In this document: positions 18,523 through 29,919 of the stretch, piece by piece
Position numbering within the stretch: position 1 is the first letter of the stretch
How the letters are laid out: every line of letters begins with the position of its first letter
Assembly: GCA_041500225.1 (NCBI GenBank)
Contig: JBGQLV010000004.1
Location: forward strand, 14,463 to 78,462
Direction of reading: 5' to 3'
DNA length: 64,000 nt
Origin: Thermodesulfovibrionia bacterium
GTDB taxonomy: Bacteria; Nitrospirota; Thermodesulfovibrionia; Thermodesulfovibrionales; SM23-35
The notes under the pieces: generated by a model
What the model was told of the DNA's origin: nothing
What the model saw: only the letters and a program-made list of their open reading frames with translations
The model's database searches: none
Made by a program: the position numbers and the translations under genes

Positions 18523-19431
18523 CTAAGGTGGACACTTGGCGCATACGGATGTAAAAAGGGAAGTAGACAGATACCTGTCTCCCCTGTCCGGGAAGATAAC
18601 GACTATGACACCTTCTTTGAGCTCGCTGGATTTCCTGATGGCTATGTACATTGCAGCACCGCTCGACATACCTGCAAATATTCCTTCCTTCACTGCCAGC
18701 ATCCTTGTAGTGTCAAATGCCTCTTCATCATTCACTGTATATCGTTCATCGAGCTTTTGAGGATTAAATATCTTTGGTACGATGGACTCTGACATATTCT
18801 TAAGGCCTTGTATCCTGTGGTTTAAAGCGGGCTCCACTCCTATTATCTTTATATCTTTGTTGAACTCCTTGAGTCTTTTCCCTGTGCCCATGAGCGTACC
18901 CGTAGTACCCATGCCTGCTACAAAGTGGGTTATGCTTCCGCCTGTCTGTTCTATTATTTCTTTTCCTGTGGTTTCGTAGTGCGCTAAGATGTTGGCCTCG
19001 TTGTCAAACTGGTTCGGCATGAAGTACGTTTCAGTCTCCTCAGAAAGTATCCTTTGTGCTGATCTTATTGCCCCGTCAGTCCCTTCTTCGGATGGACTCA
19101 GTATTAGCTCGGCTCCGAAGGCCTCAAGGATTCTTCTCCTTTCAATGCTGACGCATGCAGGCATGGTAAGCTTTACCCTGTATTTCTTGGCTGTGGCAAC
19201 CATGGCAAGCCCGATTCCCGTGTTTCCCGATGTAGCCTCAAGTATTATCTTATCTCTCGTGAGCTTTCCGTCTCTCTCTGCTGCCTCTATCATATAAAGG
19301 GCAATTCGGTCTTTAACAGAGCCTCCGGGATTGTTGCCTTCAAGTTTTGCGAAGACTTTTACCCTTGGATTGGGGTTTATGCCGTCTATTCTGACAAGCG
19401 GTGTATTCCCTATGCATTGAAGAATTCCCAT
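18523..19431 (-). CDS. cysK: PLP-dependent cysteine synthase (CysK/CysM family)
   Basis: 302 aa. GNTPLVRI, NPGGSVKDRIA (PLP lysine), SGNTGIGLA, GTTGTLMG. Confidence 0.85.
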   Translation of the reverse strand: MGILQCIGNTPLVRIDGINPNPRVKVFAKLEGNNPGGSVKDRIALYMIEAAERDGKLTRDKIILEATSGNTGIGLAMVATAKKYRVKLTMPACVSIERRRILEAFGAELILSPSEEGTDGAIRSAQRILSEETETYFMPNQFDNEANILAHYETTGKEIIEQTGGSITHFVAGMGTTGTLMGTGKRLKEFNKDIKIIGVEPALNHRIQGLKNMSESIVPKIFNPQKLDERYTVNDEEAFDTTRMLAVKEGIFAGMSSGAAMYIAIRKSSELKEGVIVVIFPDRGDRYLSTSLFTSVCAKCPP

Positions 19432-19489
19432 AATTTTTATTATAAAGATGCTTTCAATAGATGGTCAAGTAGCATTAAAGGTTAATAAA

Positions 19490-21262
19490 TTAAGGTTGAG
19501 ATGAGATGAACTCTGGGTTTTTGTTTTTAGAGTTCATATATCCTTCTATTGCTCTCTTTGCAATTGGTGCCGCAGCCCCTCCACCATGCCCACCGTGTTC
19601 TACTAATATCGCAAGTGCTATCTCTGGTTTTTCAACAGGGGCAAAGGCAACAAACCATGCGTGGTCCCTGAACTTCTCAGGGAGGTATTGAGAGTCTCTT
19701 TTTATTGCCACAACCTGGGCTGTACCTGTCTTGCCGCCGATACTCATTAACTGTGATTTTGCAGCCCATCCAGTACCTCCTGGCTCATTTACAACGCCAA
19801 AAAGTCCACTTTTAACTATTTCAAGGGTATCAGATCTTATCTTCACCTTTCCTGAAATTATTGGTTGGGCGCCCTTGATTAGTGTTGGCCTGTATAGATT
19901 CCCACCGTTTGCTATTATGCTTGTCATGACTGCCAACTGTATGGGAGTTACAGCAACATATCCCTGACCTATTGCTGCATTAAAGGTTTCGCCGAGAAAC
20001 CAGGGCTGTTTTTTGTTTTTTAGCTTCCATTTTGTGTTTGGTATCAGTCCCTGCTTTTCTCTTCCGAGTTCAATCCCTGTTTTTTTCCCGAGACCAAGAT
20101 TTGTGGCATAATCATAAATTTTATCTATGCCGAGACGTTTGCCAGCCTCATAAAAATATGTGTCACATGATTCCACTATTGCCCTATGCAGAGAAACCAC
20201 GCCGTGACCTTGTTTGCGCCAGCAGCCAAAGTGCCACCTGCCATAGTCTATTCCGCCTCTGCAATCTACCTTGGTCTCAGGGGAAATAATTCCTTCCTCA
20301 AGTGCAGCGATTGCAGTAACAATCTTGAATGTCGAGCCAGGTGGATACTGGCTTTGCAGTGCCCTGTTAAGCATAGGATTTTTTTTATCCTGAGTAAAGG
20401 CTATCCATTTGTCATAGCTTATACCCTTTGCGAAAAGGTTTGGGTCAAAAGAAGGTTTACTTACCATGCCGAGTATCTCTCCTGTGTCTGGTTTAATCGC
20501 AACAAGGGCGCCTGCCTTTTCTCCAAATGCCTTCTCAGCCTCTTCCTGAAGATTAATGTCTATACTCAATGTAATATCTTTCCCTTTTATCGGTGGTTTT
20601 TCCTGAAGCAGTCTTATTTCCCTGCCGAGCGCATCGACCTCAATAACCCTCTTGCCAAGTGTACCCCTGAGTGATTTATCAAAGAGTAATTCAACGCCCC
20701 ACTGCCCGATAAACGTATCTGGTGGTATCTCTTTTAATGCAGGGTCTTTTGATTGAGACGGGTTAAGCTTTCCAAGATAACCTATGAGATGTGAACCAAC
20801 ATCGCCATAGATATATTCTCTGCTGACCTCTACCTCGATGATAAGGCCGCGGAAGTCAGATCGTCTCGATTCGATGTATGCAACCTCACCAAAAGGCAGC
20901 CCCTCTTTTAATCTTATAGGGACAAAAGGGCTTGGGCTATTTTTATTTATCTTTTCGATTATTTCTTCAGCTGGTATATTGAGGAGCTTTGAAAGTGAAT
21001 CAACTTTGCTTTTGTCGAATTCCTTGGTGATTAAAGATGCATAGTAATAAGGAGAATTTTTTACAAGCTGGATTCCATTTCTGTCAAAAATTATTCCACG
21101 TGGAGCTGGTATGCTTATTATCCTCAGCCTGTTATCCTCAGAGAGTTTTCTGTATTCGCTACCCTGTAGAATTTGTAACTGCCACAGCCTCATGACAAGC
21201 AGAAGAAAGGCTACAATTACCGTGTAGGTTATTATTAAGATTTTTTCAGATTTTTCCTTCAC
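19490..21262 (-). CDS. mrdA: Penicillin-binding protein 2 (elongasome transpeptidase)
   Basis: 590 aa. N-terminal TM, STFK, SCD (the SxD variant typical of PBP2), KTGTA. Confidence 0.9.
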   Translation of the reverse strand: MKEKSEKILIITYTVIVAFLLLVMRLWQLQILQGSEYRKLSEDNRLRIISIPAPRGIIFDRNGIQLVKNSPYYYASLITKEFDKSKVDSLSKLLNIPAEEIIEKINKNSPSPFVPIRLKEGLPFGEVAYIESRRSDFRGLIIEVEVSREYIYGDVGSHLIGYLGKLNPSQSKDPALKEIPPDTFIGQWGVELLFDKSLRGTLGKRVIEVDALGREIRLLQEKPPIKGKDITLSIDINLQEEAEKAFGEKAGALVAIKPDTGEILGMVSKPSFDPNLFAKGISYDKWIAFTQDKKNPMLNRALQSQYPPGSTFKIVTAIAALEEGIISPETKVDCRGGIDYGRWHFGCWRKQGHGVVSLHRAIVESCDTYFYEAGKRLGIDKIYDYATNLGLGKKTGIELGREKQGLIPNTKWKLKNKKQPWFLGETFNAAIGQGYVAVTPIQLAVMTSIIANGGNLYRPTLIKGAQPIISGKVKIRSDTLEIVKSGLFGVVNEPGGTGWAAKSQLMSIGGKTGTAQVVAIKRDSQYLPEKFRDHAWFVAFAPVEKPEIALAILVEHGGHGGGAAAPIAKRAIEGYMNSKNKNPEFISSQP

Positions 21263-21282
21263 TTTTATTTGATCTTTTCTTT

Positions 21283-21735
21283 TTACTGTATATTCTTCGG
21301 TCTCAAAAATATCCCCAAAGGGGCATTTGATAAAGACTGTATGGCGATTATAAAGACAGCTGCCCCAATACTAACCGGCATTTTATTAAAGATGCTTCGT
21401 GACATAAAAACAACAGAGCTGTCTATTAAAGTAAGGACTGAAATGCTGATAATACCTAAAAGAGGGGTCCATATAAAAAATCTACTATATATGAAGGAAG
21501 AAAGATAACCTACAAGACTTTTGCTCAGGAGGTTAGGGCCGAGAAATGCACCTGAAAGGCTGTCTTCGATTATTCCAATCAGAGATCCAAAAAACATCCC
21601 CTTGACCTCTCTTTTTCTTATGCCTGCGTAGCAGGCTAAAACAACCGTAAGGTTTGGGGTGACATCAAATAATGATACGCTCCCCTGTATGATAAGCGTT
21701 AAAAAGATTATGGCTGCCCATAGGAGGTATATCAT
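21283..21735 (-). CDS. mreD: Rod shape-determining protein MreD
   Basis: 150 aa hydrophobic protein directly after mreC, with a 4-nt overlap. Confidence 0.75.
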   Translation of the reverse strand: MIYLLWAAIIFLTLIIQGSVSLFDVTPNLTVVLACYAGIRKREVKGMFFGSLIGIIEDSLSGAFLGPNLLSKSLVGYLSSFIYSRFFIWTPLLGIISISVLTLIDSSVVFMSRSIFNKMPVSIGAAVFIIAIQSLSNAPLGIFLRPKNIQ

Positions 21736-22513
21736 CCTTTTTTTATTATTACCACTACCTCAATCTTTGCATTGTCCTGAAATGGAAGGACTTCTATGTC
21801 CTGGAAAACCCCCATGCCTTTTTTATTAACGTTTGATACATATCCGACAGGTATCCCCTGTGGGAATAGTGAATCAAGTCCAGATGTTATTACAATATTA
21901 CCTTTCTCCACCTTTTCTTCATAAGGAATATATTTCAACTGGCATTTTCTGAAGCCTGTACCCGAGATTATGCCCTCTGTTCTGCTTTCCTGAAGCCTTG
22001 TTGCTGCTGAAAAATTTATATCGGTAAGAAGAAGCAGGGATGAGTAAGAATCAGATACACCTGAAATTTTTCCTGCCAGGCCTCTATGTGTTATAGCTAT
22101 CATGTCTTTAGTGATACCATCTAAGAGACCTTTGTCGAGGACAAATGTATTTGACCACTGGTCTGTACTCCTTCCAATAACACGTGCTGCAGTAACATAT
22201 CTATGCTCCTGTTCCTTAAGTGCAAGGAGTTCCTTGAGTCTTTTATTTTCAAGAAGGGCTTCCCGATACTCCTGTTGTTCTTTGAGCATCTTTGTAAGCT
22301 CTGCTTTTAGTCTTATGTTTTCTTCTTCCCTGAGAAACATTCTTTTGAAAGGGGCTGTAATATAGTCCTTTACAGAACTTTTTATATCGTGGAATCTATT
22401 AAGTGTATTATTCAGGGATTTAAGCGGCAATAAGTGTTCCCTGTTACTCTGGTAAGTCATCAAACCTAAGGATATAATGATAAATAGAAAAAGCAGGAGC
22501 CTCTTCTTAGGCA

Positions 22514-22514
<1 letters not shown>
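21732..22514 (-). CDS. mreC: Rod shape-determining protein MreC
   Basis: 260 aa. N-terminal TM, a coiled coil (ENKRLKELLALKEQ), and beta-barrel domains. Positioned after mreB. Confidence 0.85.
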
Positions 22515-23973
<1,459 letters not shown>

Positions 23974-24020
23974 TTATAAATCTTAACAGAAGATTCCTTA
24001 ATTTTTCAAGGTTACTTAAG

Positions 24021-24056
24021 TTTCTACAGTTTCTTGTGTTTCTACAGTTTCTTGTG
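24021..24056. repeat. Perfect 18-nt tandem duplication (tttctacagtttcttgtg x2) in the divergent intergenic region
   Basis: Direct read. It is followed by aactcaatg/aactcaata at 24070-24087. Confidence 0.9.
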
Positions 24057-24094
24057 TTATAACTCCATAAACTCAATGAACTCAATAAACTAAC

Positions 24095-24700
24095 ATGGAT
24101 ATAGTTCTTGCCACGAGAAATAAAAAGAAAATTGAAGAAATAAAAAGGATTACATCTGGCATGGCAATCTCAATTTATATGCTTGATGACTTTCCAGGAT
24201 GTCCCGAGGTAGAGGAGGACGGAGTTACATTTGAGGAGAATGCGATTAAGAAGGCTGTAACTGTTGCAAGATATACAGGGAAACCGGCGCTTGCTGATGA
24301 CTCTGGTCTTGAGGTGTACGAGTTGAACGGTGCTCCGGGCACATTATCTGCAAGGTATGCTGGTGAGGGCGCAGATGACAGAAAAAATATCGAAAAATTG
24401 TTATATAAGATGCGCTCAATCGTTGAAGAGAAGAGGAAGGCAAGGTTTGTATGCTGTATAGCCATAGCATTACCTGATGGTAATATAAATATATTTTATG
24501 GATATTCTGAGGGCAGGATAGGCACCGAGCCGAAAGGCCTTAGCGGCTTCGGATACGACCCGATATTTTATCCCGAAAGCCACAGCAGGACATTTGCTGA
24601 GATGAGTGATGGGGAAAAGGATGCTATCAGCCACAGGGGGATGGCGCTGAGTAAGGTTCGGGGGTATCTTAGAAAAAAGATAGATTTTTCGATGGCTTAA
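24095..24700 (+). CDS. rdgB: Non-canonical purine NTP pyrophosphatase (RdgB/HAM1)
   Basis: 201 aa. LATRNKKKIEEI, DDSGLEV, GAPG..SARYAG, FGYDPIF, SHRG. Confidence 0.9.
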   Translation: MDIVLATRNKKKIEEIKRITSGMAISIYMLDDFPGCPEVEEDGVTFEENAIKKAVTVARYTGKPALADDSGLEVYELNGAPGTLSARYAGEGADDRKNIEKLLYKMRSIVEEKRKARFVCCIAIALPDGNINIFYGYSEGRIGTEPKGLSGFGYDPIFYPESHSRTFAEMSDGEKDAISHRGMALSKVRGYLRKKIDFSMA

Positions 24701-24762
24701 TAGCTTAAAAGCAAGTAATAAAGGTAATAAGTAAATCTTATCGATTTATCAAAAATATGAAT

Positions 24763-24791
24763 TTGACTTAAAACATTGCAGAGCATATATT
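24763..24791 (+). promoter_or_regulatory. Candidate sigma70-type promoter upstream of adk-sat
   Basis: TTGACT (24763-68), 17 nt, TATATT (24786-91). Pattern match only. Confidence 0.35.
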
Positions 24792-24958
24792 ATGTGTGAT
24801 TTTTTTGGTTTCTAAAAAATCACACTGCCGCGTAACTTAAATTTGAAACTAAAATCACGCTTATTTTTTAAGTGATTGCGATATAATTTTGTCTGTAACA
24901 GTCGTTACTTATAAATTTTAGTTAGTTGTCATTAAAAATAATTATGGGGGTATAGTTT

Positions 24959-25606
24959 ATGAGACTTGTATTGCTTGGCGCACCAGGGGCTGGGAAAGGG
25001 ACTCAGGCGAAGATGCTGATAGAAAAATATAAGATTCCTCAGATTTCTACAGGTGATATCCTGAGGAAAGCTGTAGCTGACAGCACACCGCTTGGAAAAG
25101 AGGCAAAAGTAATTATGGATAAGGGTGAACTCGTTCCTGACAAGATAGTTTTGGGTCTTGTTGAGGAAAGAGTCAAGCAGGATGACTGTAAAAAAGGTTT
25201 TATACTTGATGGGTTCCCGAGGAATACTGCACAGGCAGAAGCACTTGATAAGATGCTAAATGCCATGAGGTTGCCGATTGATTCTGCCTTGAGTGTTGAT
25301 GTCCCAAAGAATGACCTTATGAAGAGACTAACAGGAAGGAGGACATGTAAAAATTGTCAGCAGATGTACAACGTATATTATTCGCCGCCAAAGAAGGATG
25401 CTTTATGTGATAAATGTGGTGGCGAGCTTTTTCAGAGGGGTGACGACAAAGAGGATACGATCAAGAAAAGGCTTGATGTATATGATGCGCAAACAGCACC
25501 TCTTATAGATTATTACAAAAAGAAAGGAATACTTAAGTCCGTAATGGGTGTTGGCAATATTGATGAGATATTCAATAAGGTTTGCGCTTTATTGGAAGGT
25601 AAGTAG
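24959..25606 (+). CDS. adk: Adenylate kinase (Zn-lid type)
   Basis: 215 aa. GAPGAGKGTQA, and a lid CKNC..CDKCGGEL. Confidence 0.95.
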   Translation: MRLVLLGAPGAGKGTQAKMLIEKYKIPQISTGDILRKAVADSTPLGKEAKVIMDKGELVPDKIVLGLVEERVKQDDCKKGFILDGFPRNTAQAEALDKMLNAMRLPIDSALSVDVPKNDLMKRLTGRRTCKNCQQMYNVYYSPPKKDALCDKCGGELFQRGDDKEDTIKKRLDVYDAQTAPLIDYYKKKGILKSVMGVGNIDEIFNKVCALLEGK

Positions 25607-25640
25607 GCAGTACCTATTAACTTAGATAAAGGAGGAAAAG

Positions 25641-26915
25641 ATGGAAAACATTGGTCACGGCGGCAAACCAGTCATTGAGCGGGTTATGCCGAAAGAAGTA
25701 GCGATTAAGAGGCTGGCAGAACTGAAAGCAGCAAAGGCAAAAGAGTACGATGTACGTTTGCAGATTGCGACAGAGATTCTTGACATTGCATACGGCTTTT
25801 TCACACCCATTGAAGGGTTTATGACAAAGGCGGACGTGGATGCTGTTTGCGATAAAATGACATTGGCAGATGGGACTGTATGGAGCATCCCGATTGTATT
25901 TGACATTTCTGAAGAGGAGTTAAAGTCAACAGGGATAAAGAAGGATGATACAGTAATTCTTACTTATACTGGCAATCCTTTAGCTATTTTTGACATTACA
26001 GACGTATTTACAATTGACAAGAAAGATCTTGCCCTGAAGGTCTATGGTACTACAGAAGAGAAACATCCGGGTGTAAAGAGGACGTATCAATATAAGGATA
26101 AATTCCTTGGCGGAAAGATTACACTCCTCAACCCTCCGAAAATAAACGAGCCTTTCACAAGATTCTGGCTTACACCACTACAGATGAGGGAAAGATTCAA
26201 GGAAAAAGGCTGGGAGATGATCATCAACCATCAGACAAGAAACGTTCCACATACGGGTCATGAATGGCTTATGAAAGGTGCATACTTAGGAGCCTATGGT
26301 TCTATGATGGTAGATAAACCTCGTGGCGGTATACTGGTCAATGCGATTATCGGTTCGAAGAGACCAGGTGACTATATTGATGAAGCTATTATCCTTTGCC
26401 AGGAAGCTCAGGGGAAATATGGATATTTCAGGGACGATATCTTTTTAACAACATGCAGCCTCTGGGATATGCGTTATGCAGGACCAAGAGAAGCAGTATT
26501 CCATGCATGCCTGAGGACAAATCTTGGTTGCACACACCATATGTTTGGAAGAGATCACGCCGGTGTTGGAAGTTATTATGATCCGTATGATGCTCACAGG
26601 ATTTTCACTAAACTGCCCAAAGGTTCTCTTGGGATAACACCTATCTTTAACCTTGACTGGTGGTTCTGTCCAGTTTGCGATGAGGTTACTTACATGGGTT
26701 TTTGCGGGCACAAGGATAAAAAGGCATCATTCAGCGGTACATTAATCAGAAGTATCATTCAGGATGGTGTGAAGCCGCCGCGTAGAATCTTCAGACCCGA
26801 GGTCTTCGATATCATTATGGAATGTGCAGAAAAGTACGGCTTTGGCTCTGCGTTTGTTAATGAGGATTACTTAAAGAACAGGCAACCGGTATTTACGATA
26901 GGACCATTGAAATAA
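25641..26915 (+). CDS. sat: Sulfate adenylyltransferase (ATP sulfurylase)
   Basis: 424 aa. QTRNVPHTGHEWL and HHMFGRDHAGVG motifs. Strong SD AAAGGAGG. Confidence 0.9.
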   Translation: MENIGHGGKPVIERVMPKEVAIKRLAELKAAKAKEYDVRLQIATEILDIAYGFFTPIEGFMTKADVDAVCDKMTLADGTVWSIPIVFDISEEELKSTGIKKDDTVILTYTGNPLAIFDITDVFTIDKKDLALKVYGTTEEKHPGVKRTYQYKDKFLGGKITLLNPPKINEPFTRFWLTPLQMRERFKEKGWEMIINHQTRNVPHTGHEWLMKGAYLGAYGSMMVDKPRGGILVNAIIGSKRPGDYIDEAIILCQEAQGKYGYFRDDIFLTTCSLWDMRYAGPREAVFHACLRTNLGCTHHMFGRDHAGVGSYYDPYDAHRIFTKLPKGSLGITPIFNLDWWFCPVCDEVTYMGFCGHKDKKASFSGTLIRSIIQDGVKPPRRIFRPEVFDIIMECAEKYGFGSAFVNEDYLKNRQPVFTIGPLK

Positions 26916-26944
26916 ATATTGAAATAAAAAAAGGAGGGATAAAT

Positions 26945-27250
26945 ATGGCAGAAGAGACTTATCCAATCAATTTATGGATTAATGAGGAACGGCTTGAAAA
27001 ACTTCAGGCAGCCGGTCTTGCAGGTATGTGTAAAGAAGTATTGGCAGGGTTAAAGGTTGTAGCTGTACCTAACACAGCAGAACAGAGAGACAAGATACTA
27101 AAAATATTCCCTGTGGCAAAATATGATACCGCTACGACAAAAAGCATTGAGAATCTTCCACGGCAAATAAAAGACCAGATATTTGACCTTGTCGTCAAGA
27201 AAAAGTCGTTGGATGTTATGGGTGATTTCATTAAATCTCAGGAGAAATAA
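26945..27250 (+). CDS. Hypothetical 101-aa soluble protein between sat and aprB
   Basis: Strong SD (AAGGAGGG, 6 nt before the ATG). No TM segment or Cys motif. I recognise no family. Confidence 0.65.
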   Translation: MAEETYPINLWINEERLEKLQAAGLAGMCKEVLAGLKVVAVPNTAEQRDKILKIFPVAKYDTATTKSIENLPRQIKDQIFDLVVKKKSLDVMGDFIKSQEK

Positions 27251-27341
27251 TCAAGGAAAGGGGGTGGAAAGCCTTTTAAGATTTTGGTCTGTTTTTACTT
27301 TTTTACGTTAATTTATAAACTATAGTAAGGAGGTGTTTTAA

Positions 27342-27785
27342 ATGCCAAGTTTTGTAATTACAGAAAAGTGTGATGGCTGCAAAGGGCAGGATAAGACAGC
27401 ATGTATGTATATCTGTCCCAATGACCTCATGGTTCTGGACAAGGAGAGGATGAAGGCATACAATCAGGAGCCTACTTATTGCTGGGAGTGCTACTGTTGT
27501 GTAAAGATATGTCCACAGCAGGCTATGGATGTCAGGGGATATGCAGACTTTATGCCCCTTGGTGCTGCATCAACTCCACTGAGAGGAACTGAGGACATCA
27601 TGTGGACCATCACATTCAGGGATGGAAGAATCAAGAGGTTTAAGTATGCAACGAGAACTACACCAGAGGGTTCGATAAAGGCACTGGAGGGATTTCCCGA
27701 GGCAAAGGCAGCAGATTTGGCCAACCAGTTATTGCTTGGAGAGCCTGACATAATGGGAGTAAAAGAGCTCCCGACAAAGAAATAA
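27342..27785 (+). CDS. aprB: Adenylylsulfate (APS) reductase beta subunit
   Basis: 147 aa. PSFVITEKCDGCKG..TACMYICPNDLM and CWECYCCVKICPQQA (two [4Fe-4S] sites), plus a C-terminal tail. Confidence 0.9.
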   Translation: MPSFVITEKCDGCKGQDKTACMYICPNDLMVLDKERMKAYNQEPTYCWECYCCVKICPQQAMDVRGYADFMPLGAASTPLRGTEDIMWTITFRDGRIKRFKYATRTTPEGSIKALEGFPEAKAADLANQLLLGEPDIMGVKELPTKK

Positions 27786-27801
27786 GAAAGGAGGGATGAC
27801 C

Positions 27802-29718
27802 ATGAGAGAAATTGCAACAGAAGTTGTTGAAACCGATATTTTGATACTCGGTGGAGGAATGGCCGGCTGTGGTGCTGCAGTAGAGGCTGCATACTGGGCA
27901 AAGCCACTGGGTTTAAAGGTAACACTTGTAGACAAGGCTGCCATTGACAGAAGTGGTCCTGTAGCGATGGGCCTTTCTGCCATTAATACATATATGGGAA
28001 TGGATGGAAAGGTAACTATGAATTCCCGTATGCCGGAAAGGTATGCTGAGTATGTGACGAATGACCAGATGGGTTTAGCAAGGCAGGACCTCGTCTTTGA
28101 TATTGGAAGACATGTGGATTCGTCAGTCAGACTCTTTGAGAAATGGGGACTTCCTATATGGAAGGATGATGCAGGGAATTTTAAAAAATCAGGTGAATGG
28201 CAGGTGATGATATCCGGCGAGAGTTACAAGATCATCGTGGCAGAGGCAGCAAAAAACGCTATAGGTACCCTTGGTGATAAAGGCCAGATAATTGAGAGGG
28301 TCTACATAACACACCTTCTGAAAGATGAGAAAGAGCCTGACAGGGTATGTGGTGCAGTCGGTTTTAGCGTCAGGGAAAACAAATTCTATGCCTTTAAGGC
28401 AAAGGTAGTTGTCTGTATATTGGGTGGTGCAGTCCATGTATTCAGGCCAAGGTCTCAGGGTGAAGGCTTTGGGAGGTCCTGGATGCCGCCATTTTTAGGA
28501 GGAACGACTTATGCCCTCACTCTCCAGGCTGGGGGTGAGCTTACTCAGATGGATGTGACCTTTGTCCCGCCAAGGTTCAAAGACTCATATGGTCCTGTTG
28601 GCACATTCTTCCTGCTCTTTAAGACACCGGCAACAAATGCCTATGACGGGCCATACGTTGGTGCGTATGGGTCCGAGACAGACAAGTGGGCGCCATATGC
28701 AAAGGCAAAGCCCTGTCCAACTCCTGTGAGAAACTATGAGATGATACTCTGCACGAAGGAAGGCAAAACTCCGTTTCTCATGCACACAAACAGGGTGGTA
28801 GAAAGGTATCAGAAGGAGATAACAGATCCAAAGGAGCTGAAGAAGAAGATAAAAGAGTATGAAAGCGAAGCCTGGGAGGACTTTCTCGACATGACAATCG
28901 CAGGTGCCACAAACTGGGCTGCCCATAATATTGACCCTATGGAAAAACCGATGGAGCTTCAGTTGTCAGATCCTTGCTTCATAGGTTCACATGCCTCCTC
29001 TGTTGGTGCATGGTGCTGTGGCGCTGAAGACCTTATGCCAGCAGAATACAAAGCAGACTTCCCTGCCCAGTATAACTGCATGACTACTGTTATGGGTCTA
29101 TTCACGGCAGGTTGCGGGGTAGGGGCAAGTGCCCATAAGTTCTCAAGTGGCGCCCATGTACAGGGAAGGATTGCAGCAAAGTCAGCGATTAGGTTTGCCA
29201 ATGATAAGAAGGACTACAAACCAACTGTATCTGATGATACGATAAACAAACTCAAGGAAATAGTATATAGGCCATTTGCCCTCTATGATGAGAAGAGCAC
29301 GTATACAACGATGCCTGATGTGAATCCTAACTATATCTCCCCGCACAGTTTCCTATTCAGAGTACAGAAGATAATGGGAGAATATGCAGGTAGCTGGGAG
29401 ACATTGTATGGAACATCTGACAAGATGCTCGAGACCGCCCTCTGGAAGTTATCATTCTGCGTAGAGGATGCAGAGAAGATTGCTGCCAAGGACCTTCATG
29501 AGCTACTGAGAGGATGGGAGGCAATACACAGATTGTGGGTTGCCGAGGCATGTGTAAGGACAAGGCTGGCGAGGAAGGAGTCAAGATGGCCCGGGTATTA
29601 CTATAAGTACGATTACCTTAAACTGGATGAAGGACAGAAGCATTTTGTAAACGTGAAGTATGATGTGGGTAAGAAGGAATGGAAGGTCATTGAAAGGCCA
29701 ATGATCCCTATTATTTAG
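27802..29718 (+). CDS. aprA: Adenylylsulfate (APS) reductase alpha subunit (FAD)
   Basis: The track ORF starts at 27796 (MTMRE). The ATG at 27802 has better spacing from AAGGAGGG. DILILGGGMAGCGAA FAD fold, AprA-length, directly after aprB. Confidence 0.9.
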   Translation: MREIATEVVETDILILGGGMAGCGAAVEAAYWAKPLGLKVTLVDKAAIDRSGPVAMGLSAINTYMGMDGKVTMNSRMPERYAEYVTNDQMGLARQDLVFDIGRHVDSSVRLFEKWGLPIWKDDAGNFKKSGEWQVMISGESYKIIVAEAAKNAIGTLGDKGQIIERVYITHLLKDEKEPDRVCGAVGFSVRENKFYAFKAKVVVCILGGAVHVFRPRSQGEGFGRSWMPPFLGGTTYALTLQAGGELTQMDVTFVPPRFKDSYGPVGTFFLLFKTPATNAYDGPYVGAYGSETDKWAPYAKAKPCPTPVRNYEMILCTKEGKTPFLMHTNRVVERYQKEITDPKELKKKIKEYESEAWEDFLDMTIAGATNWAAHNIDPMEKPMELQLSDPCFIGSHASSVGAWCCGAEDLMPAEYKADFPAQYNCMTTVMGLFTAGCGVGASAHKFSSGAHVQGRIAAKSAIRFANDKKDYKPTVSDDTINKLKEIVYRPFALYDEKSTYTTMPDVNPNYISPHSFLFRVQKIMGEYAGSWETLYGTSDKMLETALWKLSFCVEDAEKIAAKDLHELLRGWEAIHRLWVAEACVRTRLARKESRWPGYYYKYDYLKLDEGQKHFVNVKYDVGKKEWKVIERPMIPII

Positions 29719-29749
29719 TTGAGCCAGTAGGTTCTTAGAGTATCTATGA

Positions 29750-29781
29750 GGGGGCGACCTTTCAGGTCGCCCCCAAAATTT
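29750..29781 (+). terminator. GC-rich hairpin after aprA (candidate terminator)
   Basis: gggggcgacc tttca ggtcgccccc, a perfect 10-bp stem. The downstream tract is aaaattt, so the U-tract is weak. Confidence 0.45.
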
Positions 29782-29801
29782 AGGGCCAGTTCTCTTTTAC
29801 C

Positions 29802-29866
29802 GTCATTCCGCACTTGATGCGGAATCCAGTATTAAAAGTATGGATTCCTGCTTCCGCAGGAATGAC
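29802..29866. repeat. Nested palindromic element (two hairpins within an outer inverted repeat)
   Basis: gtcattccgca cttga tgcggaatcc ... ggattcctgc ttcc gcaggaatgac. The outer ends gtcattcc/ggaatgac are complementary. Confidence 0.85.
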
Positions 29867-29919
29867 AAAGGTCAGGTGAAATAAACTCATTCTTTGAAAT
29901 GAGAGATAGAGAATAATAT

